64,000 nt of DNA from Paraspadella gotoi. Its lineage: Eukaryota; Animalia; Chaetognatha. Below, piece after piece: positions 23,835-37,900 of the stretch. Location: assembly GCA_051294375.1 (NCBI GenBank), contig CM119269.1, positions 21,313,665-21,377,664 on the forward strand, written 5' to 3'. Made by a program: the position numbers and the translations under genes. The notes beneath the pieces were generated by a model. The model was given only the letters and a program-made list of their open reading frames with translations, was not told the DNA's origin and made no database searches. The first letter of the stretch is position 1; every line of letters starts with the position of its first letter.

Positions 23835-26430
23835 GACCTAAACTAAAAGATTGAAGAGAACTAAAAAAAAATTATCTTGTAAGAGCGATGAAAACCACCA
23901 AAGCCTGTCTAAAGTCAGGGGCAAGATAGCTCGTTTATTAAATGAATGGATAATTTTTTTATATTGGTTGTACCAATTTCATAGGCTTGACAAAGTCACG
24001 CAGTGTAAAAAGCTTTGTAAAAGAGAAGAAGAAAAAGGCTAATAACGACATTAAAGATAATAAGAAGAAGGCAAAGACGAAGGAGAACAAGAGAGCGAAA
24101 GACGCGATGAAAGAAAAGAAGATGGAAGGGAGGAATGAAGAAAGAGGAGGAGCAGAAGGAGGAGGAGGTTTTGAAAAAAAGAAAAGAGGATTGAGGCCTC
24201 TCGAAGCTCGCGACTGCTTCATCTCCTTTTTTGCGGTTTTGCTTTTTTTCATTTGCATATGAAAAGAGTCTCGTCGCTTTGGTTCGAATGCTGAGGGTTG
24301 TTTCGAACTCGGCCACTTTCGCTATCGTCATCGTTATCCGCGTAGCTATCGGGATTGCTATCGGCATCGCTCTCGTTATGTGAGTGAGATCAATATAGCC
24401 AACACTAGTGATTGGCGAAGCAGTCTAGGTCGCCGGAAATGTCTGATGTGTGATTACAATTGGACCAACTCAAATATAGTATTCCAAAGAAACATTGAAA
24501 CGACTCGAGTGTTCTCCTGTCAAAATGTTATCGACGCTTTCGGTAATTATAAAATAGCCTATAATGAATTCGGTACAGTTTTTCCAAATATCTTTTTAGG
24601 GCAGTCAAAATAAAATCTTTCTTTCCTTTTCTAACAACTAATATATGAGAAATTTGAAGGTATAGAAATTCAAAAGTTTAGAATTTTTATCGAGAGATGC
24701 ACAGTTCTCTCTCTCTCTCTCTTTCTCTCTCTCCTTCCGCTTTCCTCAAACACAATCATTCCTGTCTTTATCCCCGTTCCGCCCAAACCTCATCACAGTT
24801 CAATTTTTATTCGCTCTTTTCATCACAAAAGGAAATAGGAAATGTAGGAATGGAGGAGGGAAGGATAAAACTGGGTGGAAGGATAAAAGTGGGTGGAAAG
24901 AGAGCGAGAGAGCGAGACGCTGGAACAAAAAGAGATGGAGAGAAAGCGTAAAGAAACCAGGGATGCGGATTTGAGACGCGATTCTAAAGATAGAGCCAAA
25001 CTTCGTCAATGGGGTGGGTCAGAAGTTTGATTTGGAAACTTTCCAAATGAAACTTTATACATTTCTGAGAAAACTTTCAATGGAGCAAAATTTTCTAAAA
25101 TGGCAAGAAGCATTAGTAATTAATTTTTTAATATTTATTTATAGATAGAAAAGGTCAAAAATTTTTTTGGGAATTTTTTATTTTTAAAAGCAGATTCAAA
25201 TAGCTTATAAAAAGTTATCTACACAAAGTATAATTCTTTTTTCAATATTTGGATGATAAGTGGGTTTAAATTGAGAAAAACCTTAAAATATCATCATCAT
25301 CATCCGATGATTTTAGCAGTTTTTACTTATTTTTAGTAATAAAACATCACAATTTTAAAAAGTTGTAATTATATTTTTTGCTTAACTTTTTAAGCTCTAT
25401 AGAATCAATTAAAAAAACTTAAAATATCCAAAAAAAATTTTTAACATTATATAAATTACTCATGGTTCGGAACATTTTTGCAAAAAAATATTTTAACACA
25501 ATAATTAATACCAATAATGGATTAGTTTAATGCTGTTCCCATTAAAATTTGAATTTGGTCGGCTACCGCTACTAAAGAGGCACACGCAAGAGTTGGAGGC
25601 GGCGAAAAACAAACGCAATAATTATCATTGGATTAGTATTTGATCTTTTGTTCTCGGTTGAGTAAAAACAAATAAATTAATTAAATTAAATTAATAAATT
25701 ATATTATTATTATTATATTATAATATTATAATTATTTATTTATTTATTTATAATTATTTATTATATTGGTTGTACCAATTTCATATATTATATTATCATT
25801 ATAGTATAATGTTTCAAAGTTAGATAATATGATGTATATTGACGTTGTACAGTTTTCTTTGTCTTAATTACTTTTCTTTAGTATAGGTTATTTCTTTCAA
25901 GTAAAGTAAAATATTAGATTTTCATAATATTATTCTATTCTATTGTATTGTATTCTATTCTATTGTAGGAAAATTAGTCAAAAATTTATTTCAGAAACAT
26001 GTAATTGTAAATAGCAAAAATTGCAAGAAACTGTTCTTTTTCCCTTTAAAACTACCAATTTGTTCTCTTTAAGACACGATGCGCGCCCTTTCGTCAGCAG
26101 AATCGAAGATACTCAAAGAAAAGTTCCAGGGCATATCTTAACTGATCAATATAAAATTTTAACACATAAATAGTTTTAGTATTTTCTACTCAACCCAATT
26201 TTAAAATCAATGAAATAACCACTGGTTTGCAAATGACAGCGTATTTCTACCGGCGCTTGTAAAATTGTCACCATGTACAAATAACCGAACGTCAGCCTTC
26301 GCCGAATTGTAAACAAATGCTTTTTGGTTTTCGATCGCTTGTAATTCTTCCGTCGTGATTTTGGCCGAGTAACAATTTGTAACTTTCTTCCGTTTTATTT
26401 CTTTTGTTTTACCTTATTTAATATAACTAT

Positions 26431-26667
26431 TGTAGTGGTAGTATTTCATACCCCACTACTCGTCCGAGAATAAGCAGCACCTATGGCGCCGGAGGTAGCA
26501 CAAGCTCCCCCCAACCCAAAGGACTCGGGTTCGCGCCCTGCTGATTCACACAAGTAAAAGCGGGACGGGGCGTCTAACCTACCTGTAGTGTCGGACTACA
26601 GCCCGATCCGAAGTTCGGGACCTTGTGTGCAACGGACGGTAAACTGCTCGCGGCATCGTCTTCCACA
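26431..26667 (+). mobile_element. Solo-LTR-like element, family B (tRNA-like head + permuted twister)
   Basis: CTAT|TGTAGTGG...TTCCACA|CTAT (4-bp TSD); 5' hairpin GTAGTGG/CCACTAC; A box TGGCGCCGGAGG at 26484; B box GGTTCGCGCCC at 26528. Confidence 0.8.
26547..26629 (+). ncRNA. Twister ribozyme, circularly permuted, family B
   Basis: CACACAAG(P5)..GG-GA-CGG(T1)-GGCGTC(P1)-U^AA-CCT-AC(T2)-C-TGTAGT/ACTACA(P3)-G-CCCGA(P4)-U-CCG-AA-GT(T2)-TCGGG..CTTGTGTG. Predicted cut 26575/26576. Confidence 0.8.
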
Positions 26668-29297
26668 CTATAGTGAATACTCAATCCTCTATTAATATAT
26701 TAGGCTAAATAGATTCGTCAGTTATTACAGGAGCTAGTAATAAAGACGACACTATTTTTCTCTTCTTCATTATGCAATGAGAAATGAGGAAACCAACCAC
26801 TGACCAAGCAAAATATGACAAAATTGTATTTGCATGTTGTAGTTTTAGAAACATATTCCTTTAAAATATATTTGTAAATATAAATATTTAAAAGCAAAAC
26901 AAGAAAAATTTCTTTAAAATATGTAAGTTTAAATGATATCAATTTTAATAATTATTATTAAAAGCAAAATAAAAACAATTTAGCATATTTTTTCGAGTCT
27001 AGAGTCTAGACTAATCACCAAATCGGTGGTGGGTGGGATGTTGGCGCGATTTAAAATCAGGCAGTGTGTAGGAGATAGGCGGACAGAGGAAGGAGCAGGG
27101 CGTTAACCTGGAGGTCTTTTTGAAAAATCAGGCAGTGTGTAGGATAAGGCGTAGTGAAAGTTACATACGAAAATTCTAAATGTCAATTATGAACAACATA
27201 CCATCAGTAAACATTAATTTGTAAAAAAAAAAAATTATGTTCTTCAATTTCGCAGTAGGCTATATTTATATATAGTACTATCCTTATAAAATCAAAAAAA
27301 TTAAAAATAAGCTTTTTTTAATTTTGATTGCATATTTGAATTCCTCGACAAAAGTTGAAAAAAGTAAATATAAGTCATTTTTAAAAATTCTTTCATTAAG
27401 TGAGTTAAAAATTTAAAAATTTAAAATTTAAAAAACTAAAGCAGATCCGACTAAAAACCTCAAAACAAAAAAACTTCTAGCGCTGCCTTTATAATTCATT
27501 TAGTCAGTCCGTCAGTACCACCCCAAAAGCTTGTCAGAATGACACTGAGATAATGTTAGAACATGTGTGAAATATTATGCCTCGCCTCGCCTCGCCAACG
27601 ACAACGATGAAGACAACGACGACGACGACGACGACTACAACGTCGTGATATCGTGACTCATACGCTTCTTATTTGGGAGACGCGTTGCGAGCGCTTTATA
27701 AATCTTTTTTGATTAGTCAGTCGGCCAGGGAATTTTTCTGTTTTTTTTCCCCTTTTTTTCTTTTTTTCCTTTTGGTTTTTTTTTTTTTTTGCTCTTTCTA
27801 TTTCTTTCTTTTTATCTTTTTATTCTCTCCTCTTATCTTCTTCTCTCTTATCCCTAACCATTAGGCCGGAACAGGTTAAAATTAAAAAAAAAAATTTTAA
27901 TAGATTCTGATAGAGCTTTAAAAGTTAGATAAAGGTTATTAATATAACTCTTTTTAAATTTTCATCAATACAATAAAAAAAATTTTAAAACCATAAATTT
28001 CAGTCAATGATGATGATGATTATTTTTTTTAAGGTTTAACCAATATACATTGTGACAATTTTACAAGCGCCGGTAAAAAAAAGCTGTCATTTGCAAACCA
28101 GTGGTTATTTCATTGATTTTAAAAATTAGTTGAGTAGAAAATGTTAAAGTGATTTATGTGTTCAAATTTTATATTGATCAGTTAAGATATGCCTTGACAG
28201 TAAGTGGAGAAAGTTGGCTTGAAAAAATCGGGTTTTATTTTCCAACTCACTTTTTTTAGATTCTATTCAATTTTTTCTCTTACTTTTCGACAGTAATAGT
28301 GTCGGTCATCAAAGTTAATAAATAAATTTAAATAAATAATATTATATATGCAATCTTCTTAAAGCAAAGAGGCTCGGTATGGCGGAAACATCGATTAGCC
28401 AATCCCGATGTCTCGAACACCAGAACTCAATAAAAGTCGGAGGAAAGAAGCGAAAACCAAGATATCCGGATTCAAGTGGAGTAAAAATCGGAAAATTACA
28501 TATTTAGTAACGTGAAAGACCAAAGCGGGAGATTCGGTTCTGATCGACGCAAATTGGTGGGGAAGATGACGTTTCACGTTTATGATTCTCAGAATCTCCC
28601 TCCCCCCCTGTACGATGTCTACGGGGGGGGGCGATTGTGAGGTTTTGTAGAGAAATATCCATGATCAGTATAATATTCAACGCATCTGATTTGTATTTGT
28701 TGATTTATTGCGAGATTTTTATTGAGCAGAGAGAGAGAGAGAAGAGGAGAGAGGAGAGAGATGGAGAGAGAGAGAGAGAGGAGTGAGAGATACGAGATAG
28801 AGTGAGATAGAGAGGAGAGAGAGATTTTATGCCATTCAAATTACTCAAATGTTCAACACAGTGATTTACATTCGAATGATCCTAGTAATTCTTCCCGATA
28901 TCCGCAGGCACGAAACTCCTATTGTCTTTTTTGTCGCCACAAAAAAGGAGGCGATAATAGTTATGAGGGTAAAGAAGAGGAAGAGTGTAGGTGAGAAGGA
29001 AGCGGAATGGAGTAAGGGAGGGAGTGGAAGCGCTGCAGAAAGACGTCATTTTTTTTCTAGCGGCAGGATCTCACACGCGTTCATCTTTTGCCTTCGTCTT
29101 ACTTGAGACACCCTGACACACAAAGAATTCAATTGAACAGGATTCAAGGTGGCTTTTCAACTCGTTTTTTTCCCGCATGGGGTTCATTTCGCTTCTAGGA
29201 AACTATCCCTGAGAGAAAAAAAGTGTTGTTATTGTTGTTGTTTAACCACATAAACAGGCTGGGTGGGCCGAATACTTTAAACTGCATGTCACTTGCG

Positions 29298-29335
29298 CTG
29301 ATGAAGGGTCGCGACATAAAGACTCGAAAACATGA
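29298..29335 (+). ncRNA. Degenerate minimal hammerhead
   Basis: CTGATGA-AGGGTC-GCGACATAAA-GACTC-GAAAA-CATG; stem III and cleavage triplet damaged. Confidence 0.5.
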
Positions 29336-32300
29336 AAGTTTTTATTATTTTTAATAAAACAAATCAAATTTTTTCATCGGAAAATAGTATCTAAAACGAT
29401 TATTTTATGACTTGCAAAATAATATAATGATATTACTTATTTTGTTTTTGAGGTGAGAAGATAGCTTAATAAACGTTATCTCAACTTTTAATAACTTATT
29501 TTTTTATTTAATTTTTTAATTTAAAGTAAGTTATCTGTAACTGTAGTAATCGAGTCAAAAATTTGGACTGCCGACTCCTCCTCTAGTTTTCATTGAAATA
29601 GAGTAATAAAATTGAGTGATCCATTTTCAGTTTTTAGATATTTTCTTTAAATATATCTATCTTCAATTAACAAAGCTGTATCCTATATCACTCTTTCTTA
29701 TCCTCTATTGACTATTATTTATATTTAAGGGCTTTCAGGACGAGATATTATAATATATTTTAAAGTTTAAAATATCAGCTATCGAGATGAGTATTTTATT
29801 TGTTCTCTAGACATAGAGTTTATAAAGAATGCTAAATAAATCGTGAATGTTCTGAGTATATTATAGTAAAAAATCTTTATCGGGTTCGAAAAAATAAAGA
29901 AAGAGAGAATGTCTCTTTTCTCACTGCTATTCCCTGAGAAAAACTCCCACTTGCCCTCTCCTACATCGCAGCACCACTGCAAGAAAGGTCTGATAGATTA
30001 AAAGAAATGTGTTCATGTACTTCTGACTTGAATAATGTCTCCAAAACTTTTATAGTTACGTACTTTTTTTTTTAAATTATTTAGCTTTAACTATCCTCAG
30101 CGAAAACCTTCTCTTAGTTTACTTCGGTTTTTTGTGTATTTCATGACTTTTATAATTAAAATTTGACGGGAAAGAAACTTCATAAAGAAAAGTTCGTCAT
30201 TTTTTGGCAGTGATGCTTTTTGACGGTGATCTTGTTTTCCTCGGAAACATCGTCTATACTAACCGACCGAGCGACCTTGATATAGGAATCCATGTTCATT
30301 TCCGGGCAAACCGGAACAAATATCTATAAATAACCACTACACGCGCGCAAATCCTGGATGTTGATGAAAAATGATGACCATTAAAGGCGTTTCCGCTGTC
30401 GGTTTAAAGCTCGTTGCCCCTCATACTCACGGACTGTAGTAAAGACGTAGGTGATAAGTTTGCTCTCCTGGCAATGAGGGGCATTAGCGTAGTCGCTGTT
30501 GAAATGCAGGCATTTGATGTGATATAAATGTTTTACTGCGGAGCTCATATTGTCATGTCTATTGGCATAGAACATTATAAAAAATTTATTCGCGGTCGAA
30601 TACAAATCAATAAAGCAAAATCAAAAAAATTGTTGCCATTTGAGAAAAACAAAAAATGACCATTTTGCAAAATTCGTATCTTCTTTCGGGTGTTTTTCAA
30701 TCTAATTTAGAAGGTCGTTTTTACGCCCGAGCTCTCATGATATTTGTGCGCTTACGAATTTTTAGCGCCTATTAATTTAATCGATGGCATAGTCAGCAGT
30801 GACTGCGAAGGCAGGTGGAGAGCGTGTGAGTTCTGTTTATACTTTCATAAGAGGGCGGACATCGGAAGAAGAAATGGGATTTTCGATGGACGGAACGAAT
30901 AAGCGGATATGGCGATTGTTGTGATAGCAAGAAGGATTGATTTTCGACTGTAATTTTATTCCGAGTAACAGTTTTCCATAACTTTAACAGACAGCTCTTA
31001 CTTCTCTATCATTCTTTTTCTTTTTCTCTTTCTTTCTATATTCTATCTCACATCTAATTATTATCGACCGGTTGCGGAAACTTGGTTGCAACAACTTTGT
31101 TTTTCTTAACTTACTTTGTTAGTTCAATCGATCAAACACATCTAAGGGGTCATTGTGCATACGCTTTAATATTAATTTAAGATAGTTTCGGCCAGTAAAA
31201 AGTACTCTTTTCATAGTTGATAAAAAAATAGAGAGATACCCTCTTCCGTATGATCTTTGAGGAAAACAATATGAAGCCAAAAATATATGAGCTGCGCAAT
31301 CTCCGGGATAAAAGAAAAAGAACAAAAGCTTTCGCCGTTAGAGTTATGGAATGATATTCGCCAAAATGTTATTCGGGATTAAATTTTTTTTTCCTCTCTC
31401 TTCCTATGACCAATATTTTTGTCGCATTGTTTGTGGAAATGGATAGTATCATTAAGACGACTCTGGTATACTTCGCCCTATTCTGCTTATCATTGGGAAA
31501 AAAAATGTATTTTAGGGTTAATACAATAGAGAAGAATCTTGCTCCGTACGCTGGTTGTGCTGTGTGTGAAAAAAATCCCGGTTTCTCTGTTTCCTCGCAT
31601 ATTGAACTCGAGGACGGACATTTCCTGCCTTAAGCTAACAAGGGTCAAACTCCCGTATCTGACATTCCTTCGACTTCGAGAACCAAAAAGAGAGAAGACA
31701 ATGAGGGGACTCGACCATTCGGCCCTCTTTTATAAGACCGTGATAACGAGAACGATCGTTAAACGCTTTTTGATTTAGGAGCGGGAATTCCCGGGAATGA
31801 ATTTTCCGATCGGGACTTTTCTTATTTTTTTCTCCCGGCGTAAGACCTAATAAGTCAGGGCGACTCAAAATTCGATTTCGTGTTGTTGTTTCTCACTTGG
31901 CTGACGAATTGGCCTTTCGGAAAACGAAATAAGGAACTTAATTATTATGAGTTGCGATTATGTAATTTTCAAGATAAATCTATGATTGATGTTATACACT
32001 TAACACGAAATGCAACTTAAATTAGCCAATATTAATATTTCTTATAAAGACTATATATCTTCCAGGTGACAAGTAAAGTTAACAGCCATTTATGCCTTTA
32101 GTCAATATAAATATAACGGACCCGCTCTATTTCGGGTCGTCGGGACTGATTTTTCTGCTTGCTCCGGCTTACAAGGAAATTCATTTCAAGCGGCACTCCC
32201 GAATCAAGTGATGAAATTATCGTCTTCATCTCGAATTAATAAACTACTGTTGATATATTAAAAAATTCTTAATATTATAATTTATTACTTTGAAAAATCA

Positions 32301-33399
32301 TTTTCTCTTAAATTATCTATATGCCCCTGGTCTCTTACTTTCAGAGGCAGAAGTTAGTAGTACTCGAACTTTAATTATAATTTATATCAATAATACATTG
32401 AAGCAAAGGCCTCGATGTGTCTATATATATCACTGATATCTCAGTGACACTTTTCTCTGCGTCCCCGCCGCTTCGCAGTACTTCAACTCAAACTCAGAGA
32501 CTTTTTCTTTTGTCTACTTCTAGAAGACAAAAAGTGGACAAGAAGTCAAGAAGCGCAGCCAGCAATGGCCGCATTTGAAGCAGGCGTATCTCGTGCCTTC
32601 CTTGATTGATCACATTTGCCCCTATTTTTTTTTTTTGCTTTTCGCTTCTTTACTTAGCCTTACCTCACAGCGATAAGTTTCGACGCTGTCCTGTCCTTCG
32701 TCGGTTTTTGCCTTTTTTTTTCAAACTAAATATCATGTTTTAAATTTTTGGCTATTCTTTTAACGGTCAGCTCGATTAAAATCTCAGCTGCGTCTTTTAG
32801 CAGTCTGAATCAGTCATATTTTTTGTTGTTTTTTTTATATACCTAGGCAAATCTCCGCCCCCTGCTGCATGAATGAGGGACATTTCTCTCCCTAAAAGAC
32901 AAATAAATTTAGCATTTATCATTAAATCGAAGACGTGCTGAATCGTTTGATATCTGAGTTTGGATCTTTTACTTGTCGACTCACGTCTACTCAAGGAGCT
33001 TATCGTCTTTGGTAATCTTCGTTCATTACATATCCTCACCATTACTCAGATTCTACCTCTTATAAGTTCATTAATGTGTTTTTTCTTATTGTGTTTCCTC
33101 GTTATCCATCTTCCCTGTTGACAACTCCAATAACTCGGAATATTATAGTAATGATATATTCGTTTTTTCTCTCTCTCTTCACTTAACGTAAAAAATTTCA
33201 CCCTTTTACCAATTTTTGCTTGTTTCTATTTATCAAAAATTTTTTTAATTTAGGTGTCGTCCAAAAATTTTTTTCTGTAATTATTTTAATTTATAATTTT
33301 CCACCTCTCGCTTTCTAGAGAAAAAAATTCTTTTGGCCTGAAAGCGCTATTAACTGTTCGCTCGTCAATTAACCTAGCCTGAAAACTAACTTATGCCCG

Positions 33400-34900
33400 T
33401 TAAACTATTGAGCTCTGGCAAGATTGAGCGACGTATCTCAACGGGCAGGGCCACTTTCTCCACCTCTGAACCGTCCGCGACAAAAAGCCACTCTAGCGAC
33501 GGGTAGCTATGGCCGCTGCTTCTCAAAAATTTTCACAAGCTTATAACGTCCGATTCACCACTACATTGCCCTACGTCAACGCGGCTCGCCCTCCTTCAGA
33601 AAGTACCCAAGTCCATAAGGATTCGTCTAAGAGCTGGCTAACTATCAATTCTTGGACAATGCCGTGTCCAACCCTTCTTTCCCACGAGGTTCGAGTCGCA
33701 CTTGGATATTATGCGGGTATTCTTCGCGTAGAGAAGACGGGCCATTCGGGCACCCTACGACCCCAAGTCCCACTGGCTGCCTCATCGTTTGCATCGAGAA
33801 GGCGACGCGGCTCGTCAAGTCACAGCACATGAGCGACCGGCAAAAGTACGTGGGTTATCGCCTCTCGCTTTCCAATCGGCGGATCTATACGCCGAGCTCG
33901 GAAAATAATCAGTGTAATACATGGCAACGGCGCCTTGGAACAGTGGCTTCACCGAGCGCATCATGCTCTTTCCAACGCCCGCCCCTGCATTGCCGCCGTT
34001 CTCAATAAAGTACTCAGTTGTCGGGTGGAAGAACCGGATCTTACGAGTGTCCAAGTTGCTCTGACAGGTTCGACTTGTAGGAGGTCGCTAACTAATGCTG
34101 GTTTACTTTCATGGATGCTCCAGCGACGGCCGGCGACCTACGTGAGGACATTGTGCGTGCACATGTAGCCGGTCTAGCGTCCTAGGCGTCGAACCATGGC
34201 ATCAATGTCAAGGAACTACTCCTGCCGTAGATCCGATTCCGGCAGTTCTCTCTGAAGCGGATAATCCTGCTGCCACCTTGACGATAGTCTTGGTACGCCC
34301 AGTGCTTTACGACAATCACAAAGATCGATGCTTTACCTTCGACGTACAGTTGATGTGAACTTCCCGCATGGAAGGTCGCTTTAACTGACCGGGGTCACAG
34401 AAGGATCAATCTCATTGAAGGACTCGGCGGTCAACGCCGTGCTGCGTACCGGCGCAAAGTCATGCTCCATGGACTGCTGCGGTGCGGAGGACGGGAATTC
34501 GAGAGCTCAACCGATAGAGGTACGGGTTAGTGACACGAAACAAGGCGAGGCCGATCTGGCTATATCGCCATGCGCCCTCATGACCACCTCCTGTAATCGC
34601 CACCTGCAGACCACGGCATCCGTTCGCAAGATTTCAAGCGTGCGTATTATGTGGAGGCGACCACCTTGCCCGTAGGGATCAATGGTGGCCTCGGGCTAAG
34701 GCCAACGAAGATGAAGAGAATTTGATTCAGAGAGGGCGAATCACTACGACTAAGTATTGGAAAGCCCACGCCATCGAACTCTACCCCCACGACTGGGAAA
34801 TAAGAAGCTCTATTTCTAAGCGAGTATTTCCATGGCCGGCCGGCCGCGTACTGATACCCGTCGAGGCGCGGTCGTCTTCTACGTCGAGCCCGCCCCGCGC
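33400..34900 (+). pseudogene. GC-rich decayed coding-like block, possibly a BEL/Pao gag-protease remnant
   Basis: Stop/frameshift-broken frames with weak motifs (NLIEGLGG, KYW..VFPW); the assignment is tentative. Confidence 0.22.
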
Positions 34901-37900
34901 CCTCGCCGCAGCCCGAGGAAGGAAAAAGGAAGAAATAAAAGGCGGAGGGCGAAGAGACTCAGGGGGTGCCGCCTTGACGGAGGAAGGAGATAAGTCCGGA
35001 AAAGGAAAAAGAGAAAAGAAAATGACGAAAGATTTCTGCGCTGCGCCAGAGTCGGCGGTGGGGAAGCGTGTCGACCGGGGGGAAGAGAAAAAGAAAAAGA
35101 AGCAAAAAAAAAGAAGACGGGTAAGAGGAGGAAGCGAAGCAGAGAAGACGGCCGAGCGAGGGAAGAAGAAAAAAACGGAGAAAAAGAAAACGTGAAAGTT
35201 GAGCTTTCGTAGTTAACTGATCTTGTCGGGAATTAAGCCGCAATTACATTAGCCGTTACGTAGAAATTAAACCGTTTGGACAAATTATTTTTTCTCGCTT
35301 TTGTTACTGTTACCTTCAAGTTGTATCGCACGATGTTCATGATTGAATCGCAGGGGTGAAGTTTTCTTCGGGTATTATTCCTTAAAACTATTATTAATCT
35401 TCCTTTTCGTTTAAAGTGTTTCTTGTTTCTTTTTTCAGGAATTGCTCTCAGTGTCGAAAAACTTTGATCTATGGACAATTGGCGACAAGAAAACGCGGAA
35501 TACAAAAAAAGGACGGCCCTCTTTGTTAACTGGCTCTAATAACACACTACTTTCGTTCACGCGTCTATTATTTTACGTTCTCGTTTCTCCGTTTTTCGTG
35601 TACATTTCTATGAAACACTACAATTTTTTTTTGTTCTAATTAGATCCATTTCTCAGCTGATCATCACTCTTCACCATAGAGTAAATCAATACAATGCGTC
35701 CGTTTGGTAGTATATTGGCAACGTATTTCGTGGGTCATCGGCCAACCGAATTCTAATTGGGACTGGAAATGCTTAGGCATACACCGAGAGCCATGAGCGT
35801 GATATACGAGAGCATGTTCGAACGTTACGACGCCAATGGATGGCCCCTCCGCAATTCTAGCTCGCTCGATTGCTCTGGAGATATGAAGAGAGCAGTCTCA
35901 ACCTCGGCTCTTGGATTTTCCTAATCTCGCCTTAGCTACAAAGGAATGCCGGAGAGGACGTCGTCTTGAACTCAGTAGCAACGCTATGATGCGTCATCTG
36001 CTCGTTCTCAACGTACGACCTGATGGGCCTGACCTCAGACGCTGAAAAAGACCGGCTTCGTACTATTGGCTGTCTTTGTAATTCTTGGGGTTTCTCTCTA
36101 AATAATTATTGCTAATTTTATTTAACCACAGATTTTATGTTGCGTATCATGTGGCCGAGCAAGGTGGGTCGGACTTCCGCACTAGAACTGGACGACAAAA
36201 GCTCTAGCTTACAGAAAATTACTGTTTTCGTTCAGGTTGGCGTACTTTACGCAAAAATTCTAAGACGCGCTTCCGAAAATACGCGGAAATATGTTGGTGT
36301 GACCGGCATGGAACCCTTCGAGAAGTTCCTTGGCGACAACCCGTGCGCGGCCGGCCAGAACTATCTCTTGGCGCGGTATTTCATTCTGTTTCGAATTATG
36401 TGTTATGGATCGCAGCAGTCGTGGCGTTCTTATAAAACCGAGAGATTTGTCTGGAATGACATGGAATCCCAATGCATTGCAAGGCCTTTCACCAGTGCAG
36501 GCTTTCGCAGAGTCTCCTAAAGAGTTAAGCGTTTATGGATGTCGCCCACAAGTTTTTCAATGGGAGCCGATGAACAACAATGGATAGTCAGAAAAATGGG
36601 GCGCAGATGAATCCCTATTTTCCAGCAGCTTCGCATTGAAACGAGCCAACTTGATATTTCGTGGATTACAATCGAATAGTCCGGTAAACACTGTGGTCAA
36701 AGTTCTAATTGGCATTAGGCGACTTCTACATAAGTGTAATACATATGACCATATATAAAACATATTTGTTTTCTTTGTTCTATTATATGAATCTATGTAT
36801 GTTTCTCATTAAGATTAGTTTTTCACCCACCGTATCAAGATAGAGTTTATGTTTATTGGCTCTTTGAGATTGTTTTTTATAGCATACATTCGTGACGTAT
36901 ATTATTATTATCCAAATGTCTTCCGATATTAGGCTTAGCTATTTGTGTGACATCCGAAGTTTCATCAACAATGGGAGTGAAAATGAAAAGAGTTGGTTAT
37001 AATTCTTCCTAATCATCGACTAATTGATTAAATTTGTTTATTTATTAGATTTTGCAAAGTCCCTGAGTTTATGTCTATTAAGGAAATTGATAATACATTA
37101 TATCATAGCAACTGGTGCGCTTGCCTTCCCAATTTTTTTTTTTTCCAATACCGTTTTTCCTTTATTAATACCATTCATTTTAATATCCTTTAAACATTGA
37201 TGAAAATATGTTGAGACAAATATTTAATTTCTTTTACATTCATTAGTTTAGGTATAGATTCCTGCTCGGAGCAATGCAAAAAATTTATTATTAATAATTT
37301 CAGAGTTTAAATAATAAATAGGCAAACCAGGCTCTTGCCAGATCATAGTTCTTTTCCGTGATTTGTGGTTATTGTAAGCTGCAGCGATTTTTATTTCTAT
37401 AAATCCCTTAATTTAGAAACCAATAAAAGTTGTGAAAACGTCTTTTTACATTCTGAGTTGCTCGCGACACATTACTGGCACAAAGTGAAACTAAGCATAT
37501 GCACAGAGATCTTGCGGTGAGGTTTGTGAGGGATGAACGAAAAATTTTTCGGAATTTCTTGTTTCTTTCGAGTAAAGATGGATCTGAATGTAAACAGTAT
37601 GAGGACCCAATTTGCCATTTCAAAGAAAAGTATATTGTAATAGCACAGTAACTAAAGAACTACTGACTAGGTAAAGTAAGGCCTGTTAAAATTAAAGAAA
37701 CGGTATGCCAGTCGTTTTTTCACTCCTGAGTTTTGTAGCTCAAAATCGTGATGCGCAGGTTGTCGTGTATAAGCCATAGAAATATTGGTGTGACGACAAG
37801 TATGTGATCTTTCGAGTTTCACGTCCCACATATGCGTAAAGAGAAGTCGCCGTGATGATAGTTCCTGAGCGGTTAATAAAGACGAGAAATGCATGCTTGA

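Larger units (their letters stand above)
26126..28195. mobile_element. Two oppositely oriented ~150-bp Tc1/mariner-like terminal fragments (26126-26275, 28048-28195); related end at ~6765-6793
   Basis: Mutual reverse complements; termini TA|CA(G/T)GGTGACAATTT-like. Confidence 0.55.
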
